Positions 49,187 to 62,089 of a stretch of DNA of 64,000 nucleotides are shown one piece after another. A program made the translations under genes and the position numbers. The notes beneath the pieces were generated by a model, which made no database searches, had not been told where the DNA came from, and saw only the letters and a list, made by a program, of their open reading frames with translations. The stretch is taken from positions 52,886,001 through 52,950,000 of the forward strand of contig CM060733.1 in NCBI GenBank assembly GCA_030704615.1, in the 5' to 3' direction. Each line of letters begins with the position of its first letter. Position 1 is the stretch's first letter. Origin of the DNA: Takakia lepidozioides (lineage: Eukaryota; Plantae; Bryophyta).

Positions 49187-52163
49187 ATGAACTGCAATCT
49201 TATCTCGTGGAATGTGCGTGGCATTGGCTCTGAGGCCTCAATGCCAAAACGCAGACGACTTCAGCGATGGGCCTCCGCTTTTCTCAATTCAAATGCCATA
49301 ATTTTTCTCCAAGAGCATAAGTTCCAGCTTAAGATAGATGCTTTAGGTACAGCCTTTTGGCCCTCCCAAGCATGCTGGTGGAATCCTACGATCTCTGATT
49401 CCCGTGGTGGTACAGCGATTCTCATCTCCCCGACGCTTCTGCCTGCGTTCAACAGAGTGGAAACTTGGACGTAAGGTCAGATACAGTGCGCCTTCACGGA
49501 ACCACACTCGGCGTTCAAGGAATGTGCTTTTGTGAATATCTATGCCCCTAACTCTGAGGTGGACAGGATTGCTTTCTGGTCTTTTTTAAGGCAGAAGTTC
49601 ATGACCTTCCCAAACATTGTTCACTGGATTCTGGGTGGGGACTTTAACATGGTTGAGCGTGCAAGAGATAGGCTGGTCTCTAATTCTCATTACTTATCTC
49701 AGGATGAATCCGATGCTTGGGAGTCCTTCTGTTTTGCTTCCGGTCTTGTAGACTCTTTGGACGAAAACTCGAAGGGACTTCGATTCACATGGTCAAATAA
49801 TAGACAGCCTCCCGACTTGCGCATGGCTCGGCTCGATAAATTTTACTATTCTCCCACCCCACTGATCTGGGCAAAGCACAATGAACAGGGACCAGTGCTG
49901 CCAAATTTTGACCATGCCAGCATCTCCATCTCCTTCTCGCTGCCTGGAGCACGAGTAAAAAGGAGCGGTTTCTTCAGATTAAATCCCTCTTTCCTCACGA
50001 TCCCATCCTTTCTGCAGCAACTCCTAAAGATACCTGGTCAACCTCTAGCAATGACTTCACGTCCCCTTCCCTTAGATTTATTCGCAAACTTGAGGCTACA
50101 AGGAAGGTTGCCCAGAAGTTGGCCTTATCGTATGCAAAAGAAAGGAACAGTAAGGAAAAAGCACTTGTCAAGTGTCTTGCGCAATGTCAGCGGGTCATTG
50201 AGTCTAATTGGTTGGGCCCTCAAACCATGTCATCTTTCACCTTGGCCAAGAGAAATCTAGCAGAGCTGCTTCAGGCGAAGGAGGACAACATTCGTAAGAA
50301 AGCAGGGATTAACTGGTCATTGAAGGGAGAGAAGATGTCTAGCTACTTCTTTCTGAAAGCTAGGCAAATTGGGGTCAAGAATTCGACCTACGTTGGCTCA
50401 ATCATGGGGAGCACCATGTGCTTCTGGGGCATCACGTTGGCCATGATCTGGATGACTCTCAAAGAAGCGACTCCATTCTTGCTTACCTTAAAAAGCAGCT
50501 GGCCTACTGGAGCTCCATGCAACTCTCGATTATCGGGAGGGCCCTAATTGCTAATCAGGTGTTACTGGCTTCGTGCTGGTTCATCTCCTCGGTGTGGTCT
50601 CCTGGAGCAGTTGTTATCAGGAAGATAAAATCCCTTATACGGAACTTTATTTGGGGTGCTACAACATCTAGACCAACCCGACGGGCTTTGGTCAGCTGGG
50701 CGCAGATCTCTCAAAAGAAAAGGTTTGGTGGCCTCGGGATCCTCGATCCAGACACACAGATATGTGCTCTGCTCGCGAAATGGATTCCGCGGATCTTTAG
50801 TAATCTGAATGCTCCTTGGTGCCTTTTGGTCAGGCAACATATTCTCCGAGCCACCCCCTCTTCCTCGCACTTATGGCCGCTCTCTCTCAAGTGGGTGGTG
50901 CAAGGCGGGTCTCTGAATTCTAAGACAAAAGTGGGATCTCGGCCTTGGAGATCTATATGGGCAGCCTGGACCAGACTTCGTCCCCATCTCAGCCAGTTGA
51001 GCCCTTCCACCCCAGAAGAGGTGTCCAGACAACCTCTTTTCGGCAATCATGGTAGAGACTCCACCATTCTGGCTAAGTGTTCTAGTCGTTGGGTCCCTTG
51101 GGAGGCTGCCAACATCACCCATTTTTCGCACATCTGGGAAAATGGTTCGTTGTTAGCCAGATCTGAGGCCACGACCCACCTGTCTTGCAGGAGAGCTCGG
51201 GCGGGCTGGGATCTGGTGACGTGTATCATCCCACCATCATGGATCTCCCTGGCTTCATTCCCTGTGAATCTTAGAACGTTGCCTGCTTGGGTGGGATGTG
51301 ATTCAGTTGAGGGCAAAACGGCTTTCTTTGCAGTGGCTAGATCAAACTCCTTGCTATTAGGATGGAAGTTTTGTGTTACATCCTCTGGCTCCCTCTTCTC
51401 CCCTTCCCTTTGCGAGCTGCCTGAACCCCAATGCTATGCCATACGTGTTTTTTGTATGGCTTCAGGGAAGACAAGCCCATCTGTGGAAAATGGTGCGCAC
51501 ACTAACCCTTTTCTCCACTGGTTTCTTCAGGCCCCCATCACGCTCCTCCAATTTGACCCAGGAGAGTGGGTATGGAAGGACAGGAAGCTTTCTCCATTTT
51601 TCAATTATTCAGTTAAGTTAGGGGCAGGCCTTCTCAAGCCAGACATCTCCATGGACCCTAAATGGTCGTCCAAATGGGCACACCTTCCTGGCTGCCCTTC
51701 TTCTTGGACTACAGTTTGGAAGGATGTCTGGTGTAAGGATAGGGCTTCTAAGATTGCTGGATTCTTGTGGGAATTAGTCAACAGGATTCTCCCTGTCCGT
51801 GCTCATTTTCAGGATGGCTCTATGGAGTGTGGACATTGCAATTTGGAGGCTCCCGAAACCATTGACCACTGCCTGGTTTCCTGCCCTCTGGCCAACGCGG
51901 TTTGGCTTCATGTTTGTGCCTTCTACAGGCAGTGGAAGTTGCTGGTCTTGCCTTGTGATTCCATTCTTCTTCTTAATTATTCTCAGGGAGGATTGTGGTC
52001 TCAGTGCCCGGTTTGGGCTGCTCTCAGAGCTCTAACCTTGTGGCACATCTGGAAAGCGAGATGCAAGCGAATCTTTGATGGGAGACCGAGTACCGTGAGA
52101 GTCATTTTGTATCTGGTTCACTCAGACTTGATGTCTGAGGCCCGCAAGGCTTGCGGGTGTTGA
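49187..52163 (+). pseudogene. LINE ORF2: APE endonuclease plus C-terminal zf-RVT region; RT core deleted at about 50365
   Basis: SWNVRG, FLQE, NIYAPN, GGDFN, TWSNN, RLDKF; then KKRFGGLGI and CGHC...ETIDHCLVSC. No YADD region. Confidence 0.85.
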
Positions 52164-53051
52164 GGGAAGCTGATTGCAGGTGTAGCAGCAGGCGAGGGGA
52201 CCAACTACTCTCTAAGTTTGACGAGTCGTGGGGCAAGGGAGAGATCATCTGCACTAGAGACCCATCCTCGGGAGTTCGCTGGAACGACTCCATCCCTGCG
52301 ACCTGGGAGCTCCTATAGTGCTCTCCCCTCCCCGGTTGATGGGGAAGAATCTGAAGTGAATTGGAGACATCGCCGCCGATCACTTGGGAAGACTAGATCT
52401 AGAACGCAGCTCTCCTTTCAAACCTACAAGAGAAAGCGCGATAGTTATTAAGCTGCTCTGCTCTCTTTCACGTAGCAGGCTGGACATCCTTGCACCTCCC
52501 TGTCTTTCGTGTCTACTAAGGTCTTGGTGACGAAGCAGTTGGCTTCCTGGGTCAGCCTCTATGGCACCCTTCAGTGAGGTTATTTTTTCCTCATGTATTC
52601 CCCTGGGCATTTTGTCCCCTCTGATATAAAGTTTCCGAGGCCAGAGTCCCTCTTGCGCGAACAAAAAGATATATAGATTGCGAGAGTATGCGAATGTTAA
52701 TTTTGCGAGAGTATGTGATTTTTCAAGCTTTCCAGAGTGCGGTGTGAACTGAGAGTTGGCAGCTTGATCGACGTATCTTCCATCTTACACTGGATCAGCG
52801 TGAAAGTGAGGGCTTACATTCTGCATACCGATATTGAAGCTCGTTGTTTGAACCTCTGAAGGCTACTGATATTGTCATGGGCTACTCAGGAGCTGATGAA
52901 AATGATGGTCAGAGAGTTTTGCCCCTCTCAAGTTTGGCGATCGGACCAGACCAGCGTTTCTGTGTTACTTAGGTGCCGAGAAGTTGAAGTGATAGTTTAA
53001 ATGCGTGCAGGTGGTTCATCATAATCATAATCTCTAAGTTACTGGGCAGCA

Positions 53052-53279
53052 ATGTCAGGGGTACAGTTGAGCAACAAGCAGGTGATATTCAAGGATCATG
53101 TAGTGGGATGGGCCAAGGTATCAGACATGGAAATCCACATGAGCAAAATTGCATTGCAGCTCCAGGAGGGTAGCAAGGATGTGCTGGTCAAGAACCTGTT
53201 TCTGTCGGTTGACCCATACATGCGGCGCCGCATGGCTAAGGACTATGTGTCTTACATCGCACCTTTCGTTCCTGGACAG
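53052..53279 (+). pseudogene. Isolated first exon of 2-alkenal reductase (NADP-dependent double-bond reductase)
   Basis: NKQVIFKDHVVGW...VLVKNLFLSVDPYMRRRM...FVPGQ followed by a GT donor. Downstream exons were not found. Confidence 0.75.
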
Positions 53280-53603
53280 GTATTCTCTCTTTGTAAATCG
53301 CCGGCCCGGTAAATTTCCTTTCCTTGTACTATGTGACAACAGGTCTCCCTCCTGTGGGCTGGCTCCTGTGGACTTACTATCCTCTTCTCCTCCTCCTTTG
53401 ACTTTGTTATAAAGCTATGTTCTTTGTCCCTCTTTGTTATATACCCTTGTCTGGGCAGTGGTAAGGCCCACTTGTCATGCTTTCTTATGTGATAAGTCCC
53501 TGAGCTTATTGTTGACATTGTAAAGCTATTCTTTCTTGGCCTACAATGGACGCAAACTTATTAATTGTCCCTTTTTTTTTCTCTCCCTCTCACAACCATC
53601 CTG

Positions 53604-54735
53604 CGAAGACAGAACTGTGCCGCTACTTTACAATGCCGGGAGGATGTGTTCGCGGAGAAAAGTGCTTTTATGCCCACGCGTAGGAAAAACTTGGGCGGAT
53701 AAAGGTTCTATCAGTGGACAGACACCAAGCCCCCATAGCGAAACATGGAAGAACCAAGGTACCCTCATATACTGCGCAGTAAGGGAACTCCATCTAGCAT
53801 GCCAAACACAATCCATTTTAGAAAGATGTTGTTAGAAATGCCTGCTCCCAATGTACTTCTAACTTCAAAGCTCTGGGTGATTCCTCACAAGTTATTCATG
53901 CATCCCGAAACCTAAGCTCTTGGCCTTGGAGACATGGAAACTGCCATGCTGCAAATGGCTGGAACAGTGTACCAATTTGGGAGTCAGTTTTAATGTTGAT
54001 ATTTTTGGTTTAGCCTCTATTCAGGAAGCACATGCTCAATTCATGCATTGTTGCTCAAACATACAGCATGTAATGGAGGATTTAAGCAAGAAAGTCTTTG
54101 TTGGAGGTCTGTCTCCCTCTGTGGAGTCTGGTAAGATCCATGCCTGACCACTTTATTGGTGTCACTCCTTGCATGATGCACCAAATTTAGTGCTGCACTT
54201 GATAGTTATTCAATTACACACATATGTGAGGACCTATGTGCTCCATAGTTCACCTGCCAACTGCCTGACACTTCAGGCAATCTTCCATTTGCATGAGCTG
54301 CTGAACCTTTGCTTCTTGCAAACTTCACAATGGACCTAGTGTGGGTATTTCATTACATGCGATGGAAAGAATGTACAGATGACTTGCGGGAGTTCTTCGA
54401 GGACAAATATGGGCCAGTCCTTGATGCAGTCGTCATTGCAAGTCAAGCGAGGCATCATATTCAGTCCCGTGGCTTTGGATTGGTCACCTTCAAGCATGCA
54501 GAGTCAGTTGCTGCTGCAGTTGAGGCTCATTACATCAACATCTATTGCAAAAAGGTAAAGAAGAGGCCTTTTGGCAACTGTAATTGCTATACTCTGAGCA
54601 GGAGAACTGTATGATTAAATTTTGTAAGCAGGTTGCAGCTTGTAGAAATCTGCAACACATGTAAGTTTATCAGGCCCTTGGTTGCTAACTTATTTTCCAT
54701 GTAAAACAGGTGGAAATCAAAAGTGCAGTTCCCCG
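53604..54735 (+). pseudogene. Fragment of a CCCH zinc finger + RRM gene (several exons)
   Basis: KTELCRYFTMPGGCVRGEKCFYAH; KKVFVGGLSPSVES / DDLREFFEDKYGPV...SRGFGLVTF...CKK / VEIKSAVP with GT-AG boundaries. Confidence 0.7.
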
Positions 54736-56166
54736 TTGTGTACTTTCAACACTTGAAACTTCAAGAGCTGAAAGCAATCCCGGGGAAGGGCACTCAGCAA
54801 CTTCTTTTTCTTCTATGTACCGATGCAAATGTAGCCTGGAGTTCTCCTCGGCTCTTACATAGGTATACGTACCTTCACTACCATGTCTTTTGTGAGTATC
54901 TCCAAAGGTGTTGATTGTTTGTTGGCAACTTTTGAGTGGACATCCTGCAGAGGTATATGGAGGAAGGAAAAGACAATCATTCTGGCAGGAGCTGAGTATG
55001 GAAGTGGAAGCTCTCGTGATTGGGCTGCCAAAGGCCCGTACTTGTAGATGAGCACTTGTAAATTGTGCACTAGTTGTTCACTCATATATGTGTCATGTTG
55101 GAAACGGGGGAGTTGCTGTCCGTCTAGTAGGTCTGTGTTTGTGTAGGTCTGTGTTTGTGCCTTCTCAGTGAATTTGTGGCTTGCAGTGAAAATTGTGCAA
55201 GTCGGGGGTAAGCGAGCGTTTTGTCAAATGAATTAGGATGGGGAGAGAATGTTAGCTAAACTGTCTGGTGCAACACATCTGGCCTTCATAAGTCACATAC
55301 ACATTGGTGTTTTCCCTGGTTTGAATTGATGGACAGTTATTTGGCAGGAACTTGTGTCATTCTATAGATTAATGATGACAGAATTAGTCCTCAATGACAG
55401 AAGGTAATGTGGATGGATGGTAGGTGCGCTTGTTATTAGTCCTGCCGAATTTGGAGCTATACCTTCATTTGCTAGCCCCTGAGCTAAGCCCTGACAGTCA
55501 ACCCAATGAGATGAAGCGATATGAGGCTTGGCGTGTCTATGGTGCTCTACAGGTTGCCCTCTTCCCCTGGATTTGGTCACTCAATATGTTGCATCTGAAA
55601 GCAGGCTCAAATTATGTCCTCAAAACGCATAGATATGGGAAAGTTACATCTGCAGATGTTCGGAGGGCTATATATGGGTGCACATTGCTAATGGGGTGGG
55701 TGGGGACCTACAGAATGCTTCTGGGGCATGTATGTATGAGAACCTGAAGGGAAACATGCACCTTCTGCCTGCCACACTGTGCACACCCCTCAAGGCGTTG
55801 ACGAAAGTCCCAACACCTCAGACAGATTTTGGTGATTTCATGGGTCCATTTCCAATGCTTTTCCATACTTCTTAATGGATATGGTCTGGTAATATGAATA
55901 TGTGACACTGTGAGTATGTCGTCGTCTATTGATGTGAATTTATAATAGTGTCAGAGAAGGTAGCCTAATGCAGGCTCCAGACTTCAATCCTATGAAGAGC
56001 TCTATGTCTGATTCAAGACACACAAGCTTTCTTCTGGACGTTATCCATAGTAAGTTGCCCAGGGATGCGGTGGCATGGGTGACCTAGCATATAATTGTGT
56101 TCCTGTGGAAGAGCTGTCCTGTTGACTGGCTAAGTGAATGTGGTCTTTTGTCTATGCATTGTGCAG

Positions 56167-58779
56167 GCACACCTTCAAAGGGTCTGGCATCATTGATGCA
56201 GGTATCTCCATCAAGGAAACGACCTGTCAGTGGTGACTTAACCCAGCACACTCAAAAGAAACCGCACATGGAAAGTGGGACCCCTGCAGGCCCCCAATTA
56301 CCTGCCAGTGATGCAGCAGGTTCTGTGAGTGAGGAAAGAAATACAGATGGGGCAGAGGACATCGGCCCAGGAGAGGACGGAGAGGGAGGTAAAGGGAGAG
56401 GCACTGCTGTGGCTGTGGTTACACTTTGTAAGGCAGAACAAGCCAAACAGGCACTGCACGGTTCGAACCAGCAATTCATTTTGGCAGACTCCAGTACTTG
56501 TGCATTTTACAAGGGTGTATCAAGACTAAAGACCTAGAAACGGGAAAGCAAGTGCATGCCCACATTATCCAAAATGGATTCGAGCCAAATACCCGTCTAC
56601 TCAACACCCTTGTCAACTTATATGCCAAGTGTGGGAGCCTGGTGGATGCACGGCAAGTGTTTGATAAAATGCGTAAACGAAATTTGTTTACGTGGACTAT
56701 AATGATAGCAGGATATGCCAAACATGGGTGTGGGTCCGAGGCTTTTGAGATCTATGAGAAAATGCAGCAGGAAGGGATGATACCCACAGGGTGACGTTCA
56801 TTTGCATTCTCAATGCATGTGCTAGCCAAGGAGCCCTTGAAAAGGGTAAGGAGATCCATGCCAGTATCCTTGAAGCTGGAATTGCGCCAAATATTGTTCT
56901 GGAGACTGCCCCTGTTGCCATGTATGCAAAATGCGGGAGCATGGAGGATGCGCGTCAAGTGTTCAACAACATGCCCAAACAAGATGTGGTCTCATGGAAT
57001 GCAATGATTGCAGGATACGCTCAGTGTCGGTGTGGTAGAGAGGCTCTTATGATGTATGAGCAAATGACACGGAAAGGGTTGCTGATGGACAAGGTCACAT
57101 TCATTTGTGCTCTCAATGCATGTGCCAACCTTGGAGCCTTGGAGAAAGGCAAAGAGGTCCATGCTGACATCATCAAAGCTCAAGTTGTGCCAGATGTTGT
57201 TCTCGAGACAGCCCTCGTAGACATGTATGCTAAATGTGGAAGTGTAAAGGATGCACGCGCAGTCTTTGACAAAATGGCTGAACAAAATGATTGCAGGGTA
57301 TGCTCAACATGGACATGCTAGGGAGGCTTTTGAGAGCTATGAGCAATTGCAATGGGTAGGGGTGAAGCCCGACAGGGTCACATTCATTAGCGTACTCAAG
57401 GCATGTGCTACCCTGGAGCCCTGGAATTAGGCAGAAAGATACATGTTGACATCATGAAAGCAGGAATTGTGTCATATATAAATCTGGAGAATACCCTTGT
57501 CGACATGTATGCCAAGTGCGGGAGTGTAATGGAAGCACGTCAAGTGTTTGACAATATGGCTCAAAGAACTGTGGTCTCATGGAATGCTATGATCGGAGGA
57601 TATGCTCAGCATGGGTTTGGTAGGGAAGCGTTGGAGATCTATGAGCAAATGCAACGGAAAGGGGTGACTCCTAACAGGGTCACATTCACTTGTGTTCTGA
57701 ATGCATGTGCAAGCCTGGCAGCCCTGGAAAACGGCCGAGAAGTCCATACTGAAATCATCAAAACTGGAATTGCACCTGATATGATTCTGGAGACTGCCCT
57801 TGCTGACATGTATGCTAGATGTGGGAGCATGAAGGATGCACATCAAGTATTTGGCAACATGCGTAAGCGAAGTGTGGTCTCTTGGAATGCAATGATTGCA
57901 GGATATGCTCAGAATGGGTGTGGCAGAGATGCTCTCCGACTATGAGGAAGGCTTGAAACCGGATGGTATCACCGTTATGTCTTCTCTCTGCATGTAGCCA
58001 TGTGGGCCTGGTGGAGGAAGGGCATCACTACTTTCATTCCATGAATCACAATCATGGCCTCATTCCTACAGTGGAGCATTTTGGGTGCATGGTGGATCTT
58101 CTTGGCCGTGGAGGGCAATTGGATGAAGCAGAGGACTTCATTAACAAAATGCCATTAGAACCAGGTGCTGCGGTGTGGGGGGCCTTGCTTGGTGCCTGCA
58201 GAATTCATGGAGATGTGGAACTAACAGAACATGCAGCAAAATGCCTTCTCAAGTGGGTTTCCACAGGATGCCGGAACTTACATGCTGCTATCAAACATCT
58301 ATGCTGCAGCTGGCAGGTGGGATGATCAAGCGAATGTGAGAAAAATGATGGAGGACAGAGGTGTTAAGGAGCCAGGGCGCAGCTGCATAGAGGTGGACAA
58401 CCGGGTGCATACATTTGTTGTAGGAGACAAGTTGCATCCACAAATTGAAGAAATCCATACTGAGCTGAAGTGGTTGTCTGAGCAGATGAAGGAGGCTGGG
58501 TATGTGCCGGACACGCACTTTGTATTGCAGGATGTGGAGGAGGAGCAAAAAGAATTTTCGCTATGCCACCACAGTGAGAAGCTGGCCATTGCTTTTGGGC
58601 TGATCAGCACTCCCCCTGGGGTGCTTATCCGTGTCATCAAGAACCTTAGGGTGTGTGGCGACTGCCACAAGGCCACCAAGTTCATCTCAAAGATTGTTGG
58701 GCGAGCAGTTGTAGTAAGGGATGCCAACCGCTTTCACCACTTCGAAAACGGGGTTTGTTCTTGTGGGGAGTACTGGTGA
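56167..58779 (+). pseudogene. PLS-class PPR protein with E and DYW (EYW) deaminase domain, multiple frameshifts
   Basis: P-L-S repeats (LVNLYAKCGSLVDARQVFDKM), PGRSCIE, HSEKLA, CGDCH, CSCGEYW*. The frame changes about seven times. Confidence 0.88.
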
Positions 58780-59799
58780 AACTTGCAACATAAAGAAAGA
58801 AACTGCTCTGCTTCAACCTGGAGAGGGAAAAATACCGCAGTTGAGTGCAGAGATTCATGATATCGAATGTGAGAGATAGTACTGCACTTCCCCTGAGCTG
58901 TGCACAATGAACATCACCGTGATTATCGAACAGCTGCATTGAAAGTGCCGAAATTGTTGTAGTGTTGCATTGGGATGAGAAGCCCCTACAGATATTGGGG
59001 TTAAAAGTTTTGCAGTTGCGAAGATTGAACAAGGGGATGAAGATCAAGGAAGACTGGGTACACAAGAGTGATTTTCTTGGCTCTAAATTTCAAGGTACAA
59101 GGGTAAGAGCAGTCAAGATCAATCAAAGACCGGATATTTCACGTCATATTTGTCGTAAACCAAGGGCATGTAGATGTGAAAGGTGATGATCAAGGTTTGT
59201 ATTGCTTCCACTACAGCAAGCAAAGCTAGGTGCTGCCGTATTGCTCTCATCTTGCAGCTTGCCTGTACTCCATCTTGTGCAACCCAAAAGAATAATAGTC
59301 TGGTACCTCCCCACAATGGTCAGTTATTTGTACCATATTCTTGAAAGCTCTAGGCTTTATATTGAAACAGGCACATTGCCGAAGCACCATTGTGGTGGCT
59401 TGAGAAGGTGCTGCTATACTTTTGAGATGTGACACAATACCATCTAGAAACTGTTTGCGTGAGAAAATGGGAACTAAGGAAGGACGTTATCCCAATTCCC
59501 ACAAGCCTAGATGTTGGCACTTCTGGTTAGTTCACACAAGTTTCCATATCAAATGAGAGACAGTTTGCTTCAACAAGAACGAAGTGGTTGTAACCCAAAT
59601 TGCAACATCTCATGTGCATTTTTGCCAGTCATACACTTGCTTTACAGTGTACCGTGGTGAACCTTCCACAAATTGACCTCGAAGTTTGGGGCAGGAAGGG
59701 TTAGCTGATTCTGCTGCATGGAAGTATTCAACCTGCTTAAAAAAATTTCTACACAGTTTATAGATCAGCATAAAATATGTGATAGGGCAGATGGATTGG

Positions 59800-61515
59800 C
59801 TACTTCTGCTGCAAGCAAATTTGCATTCTGCTTGGTAATTTGCTGATGACGATTTCTGAGTATGAGGCGAATGTTTCCCAGGCCAATGCCCATAGCTTGT
59901 CAAACTCTTCCTCATGATGCTCATAGATGTAAGGGGCACCGAACGCTGAGAACAACCCAAGAAGGAGGAGCGTTTGAACCGAAAACCGGCCAAAAAACTT
60001 GAGCACCCGCAACAGCAATATAACCTTGAAGAACAGAGTAAAATCTTTCCCCAGGACAATTTTTTCAAAATCTGATACGCCGGCGTTCCAAGCTGATCGC
60101 AATGCGACCGCTAGACGTTGCACAGATTCTTCAGAAATCTCCAACTTCGAATCTGATGAAGGTTTCGCAAGTGTGATTCCAAAAACTGGACTTGGAAAAT
60201 AGCTGTAGAAGAAGACACCTAGCAGACCAACGAGAAGACTGTTTGCCAAAAGAGAGAGCAAGGTGAAGCCTGATGTGAAGAAAAGGTATATCCCCGTGAG
60301 CAGCGAAACCAGAACCCCTAAACTCAGCTTGGCGTCTCGCCATAGCAGCACATCTGCCACTCTGTTGTTGCCAAGGAAAACATGCGCCTTTGAAGAGCCT
60401 TTGAAATCCTTTCTCTTGGACTGGGGTTCTCGGGGTTCTTCTGCTCGCAAGTGGGCAAATGAATCGATGGTGCGGCGGATACCCTCCTCAAGGGAAATCT
60501 GTGGAGTGTACCCCAGAAGCTTCGCAGCTCTCGAGCAGTTGAAGGTTCGGACCGTGGTCACTATCCGAATGCGTGATGGAGAGAACTGGGACGGCCGCAC
60601 TCCCAATGGAGACAGCTGCTTTGTGATCCACTCCACAATGTAGGCAAGCGGCATGATCACCGCGATTGGGAGATGGTACTTGGGTACTGGATAGCCAAGG
60701 CCCCCAACCATCTTAGAAACGAATACCCAGAACTTAATCGGTTCACAGTTGGTGATAAAAAAGGCTTTCCCAGATGGAACATCGTTACCAGGAAGCGTTC
60801 CAGGAATCAGAGCTTGCTCAGCACATACCTGCGCGTGTGCCACATTCTCCACGTATGTCCAATCAAAAAGATTCTCCCCATCGCCTATTATGAACTTCAG
60901 TTTGCCAGCTTTCGCATTGGATACAAATGCAGGGACAGTTAATCTGTCTCCAGGGCCGAAGATACCACTCGGCCGCAAGGCGCATGTCAGGAGTCCATGT
61001 TTCCCATTGGCAGCCAGTACCAATGCCTCCGCATGGGCCTTGGTATCCGAATAGAAATCGTTGTGCTTGTCAGGAATCGGAAGAGATTCGTCGCCATTGA
61101 CAATGCCATGGACACCGTCAAATACAACACTGGGGGAGCTGGTGTGGATGAGCTTGGTGACACCGCACTCCCAACAAGCCTCAATCACATTGCGCGTGCC
61201 TACAACAGTCACATCATAATGGAGCTTGAAATTGTTGATGGACGAATCTGGGGCTGCCATGTGAAACACCACTGCCACTCCTTCCAAAGCCCGCACAACC
61301 TCCGGCTTTTTCCTCAGATCTGCACACATATACTGCGCTCGTCCAGTGGCCAAAGCACGGCTCAGAGGCCCTTCTTCCTCTCCGGGAGACATAACAAATT
61401 GTGGTGCCAGGTCTATAATCCTCACAGTGAACCGCCCTCTCTCCAGCAGCTTCAGCACCACGTGACGGGCTGCGAAGCCCCGCCCCCCGGTAACCACGCA
61501 GACCTCTTCCCCCAT
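59800..61515 (-). CDS. 3BETAHSD/D: 3beta-hydroxysteroid dehydrogenase/C4-decarboxylase with C-terminal reticulon domain (571 aa, single exon)
   Basis: VVTGGRGFAARH, VFHMAAPDSSINN, YSDTK (YxxxK), LRPSGIFGPGD, DWTYVENVAHA; reticulon VADVLLWRD plus hydrophobic hairpins. The ORF is intact. Confidence 0.93.
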   Translation of the reverse strand: MGEEVCVVTGGRGFAARHVVLKLLERGRFTVRIIDLAPQFVMSPGEEEGPLSRALATGRAQYMCADLRKKPEVVRALEGVAVVFHMAAPDSSINNFKLHYDVTVVGTRNVIEACWECGVTKLIHTSSPSVVFDGVHGIVNGDESLPIPDKHNDFYSDTKAHAEALVLAANGKHGLLTCALRPSGIFGPGDRLTVPAFVSNAKAGKLKFIIGDGENLFDWTYVENVAHAQVCAEQALIPGTLPGNDVPSGKAFFITNCEPIKFWVFVSKMVGGLGYPVPKYHLPIAVIMPLAYIVEWITKQLSPLGVRPSQFSPSRIRIVTTVRTFNCSRAAKLLGYTPQISLEEGIRRTIDSFAHLRAEEPREPQSKRKDFKGSSKAHVFLGNNRVADVLLWRDAKLSLGVLVSLLTGIYLFFTSGFTLLSLLANSLLVGLLGVFFYSYFPSPVFGITLAKPSSDSKLEISEESVQRLAVALRSAWNAGVSDFEKIVLGKDFTLFFKVILLLRVLKFFGRFSVQTLLLLGLFSAFGAPYIYEHHEEEFDKLWALAWETFASYSEIVISKLPSRMQICLQQK

Positions 61516-62089
61516 CGCTGCCCTGCTCTGCTCTGCAGCGTCTCTGCGAACAAGACGAGTATGGGATCCCAAAATGGGAGAAGGGCAGCCCGTCAAAGCC
61601 TGGGCTTCAGATGCTCAAATCCCGGGACACTGTTGCAAGTTAATGATGGAAACAAATGAGTCACCTTGCCGTTAGATCACTTAGCCTCCGACCCTTGGTT
61701 GCCGAAGCCATGACTAGCTAAAGTTAGGGGAGCTGCGGTTGGATGATGTTCAGTTGGGCTCCAATGTTGCTAGAATATATATACGGGAACTCCAACTTCC
61801 CTTCCTAACTTCCAGTAAGTAGTGCATTGATCGAGCAATGTGGCAGAGAAACCAGTAGTACCATCTTCCAAGACCGAGCAAAATGACCATAATTTCACAA
61901 AGATGGTTCAAGTGTATTGATCTGTAAGTAGTCTTATGTGTGCTGGTCTGCAGAGTGAAAGGGCGATGCCAATATACTTAGTGTCGAGGGAAACATGACC
62001 GATTGAGATTGGACGAGCAAGGCCTGTCAATTTGTCTGTGTGAAGGTTGCAATTTGCAGGCTGCACACCTGAGAAGCTGGAGAACAAAC

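Larger units (their letters stand above)
37396..52667 (+). mobile_element. L1/Tx1-type LINE, RT-deleted, interrupted by a gypsy insertion
   Basis: ORF1 with a zinc knuckle is followed by ORF2 with an APE endonuclease and a C-terminal CCHC finger. Ends are approximate. Confidence 0.8.
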
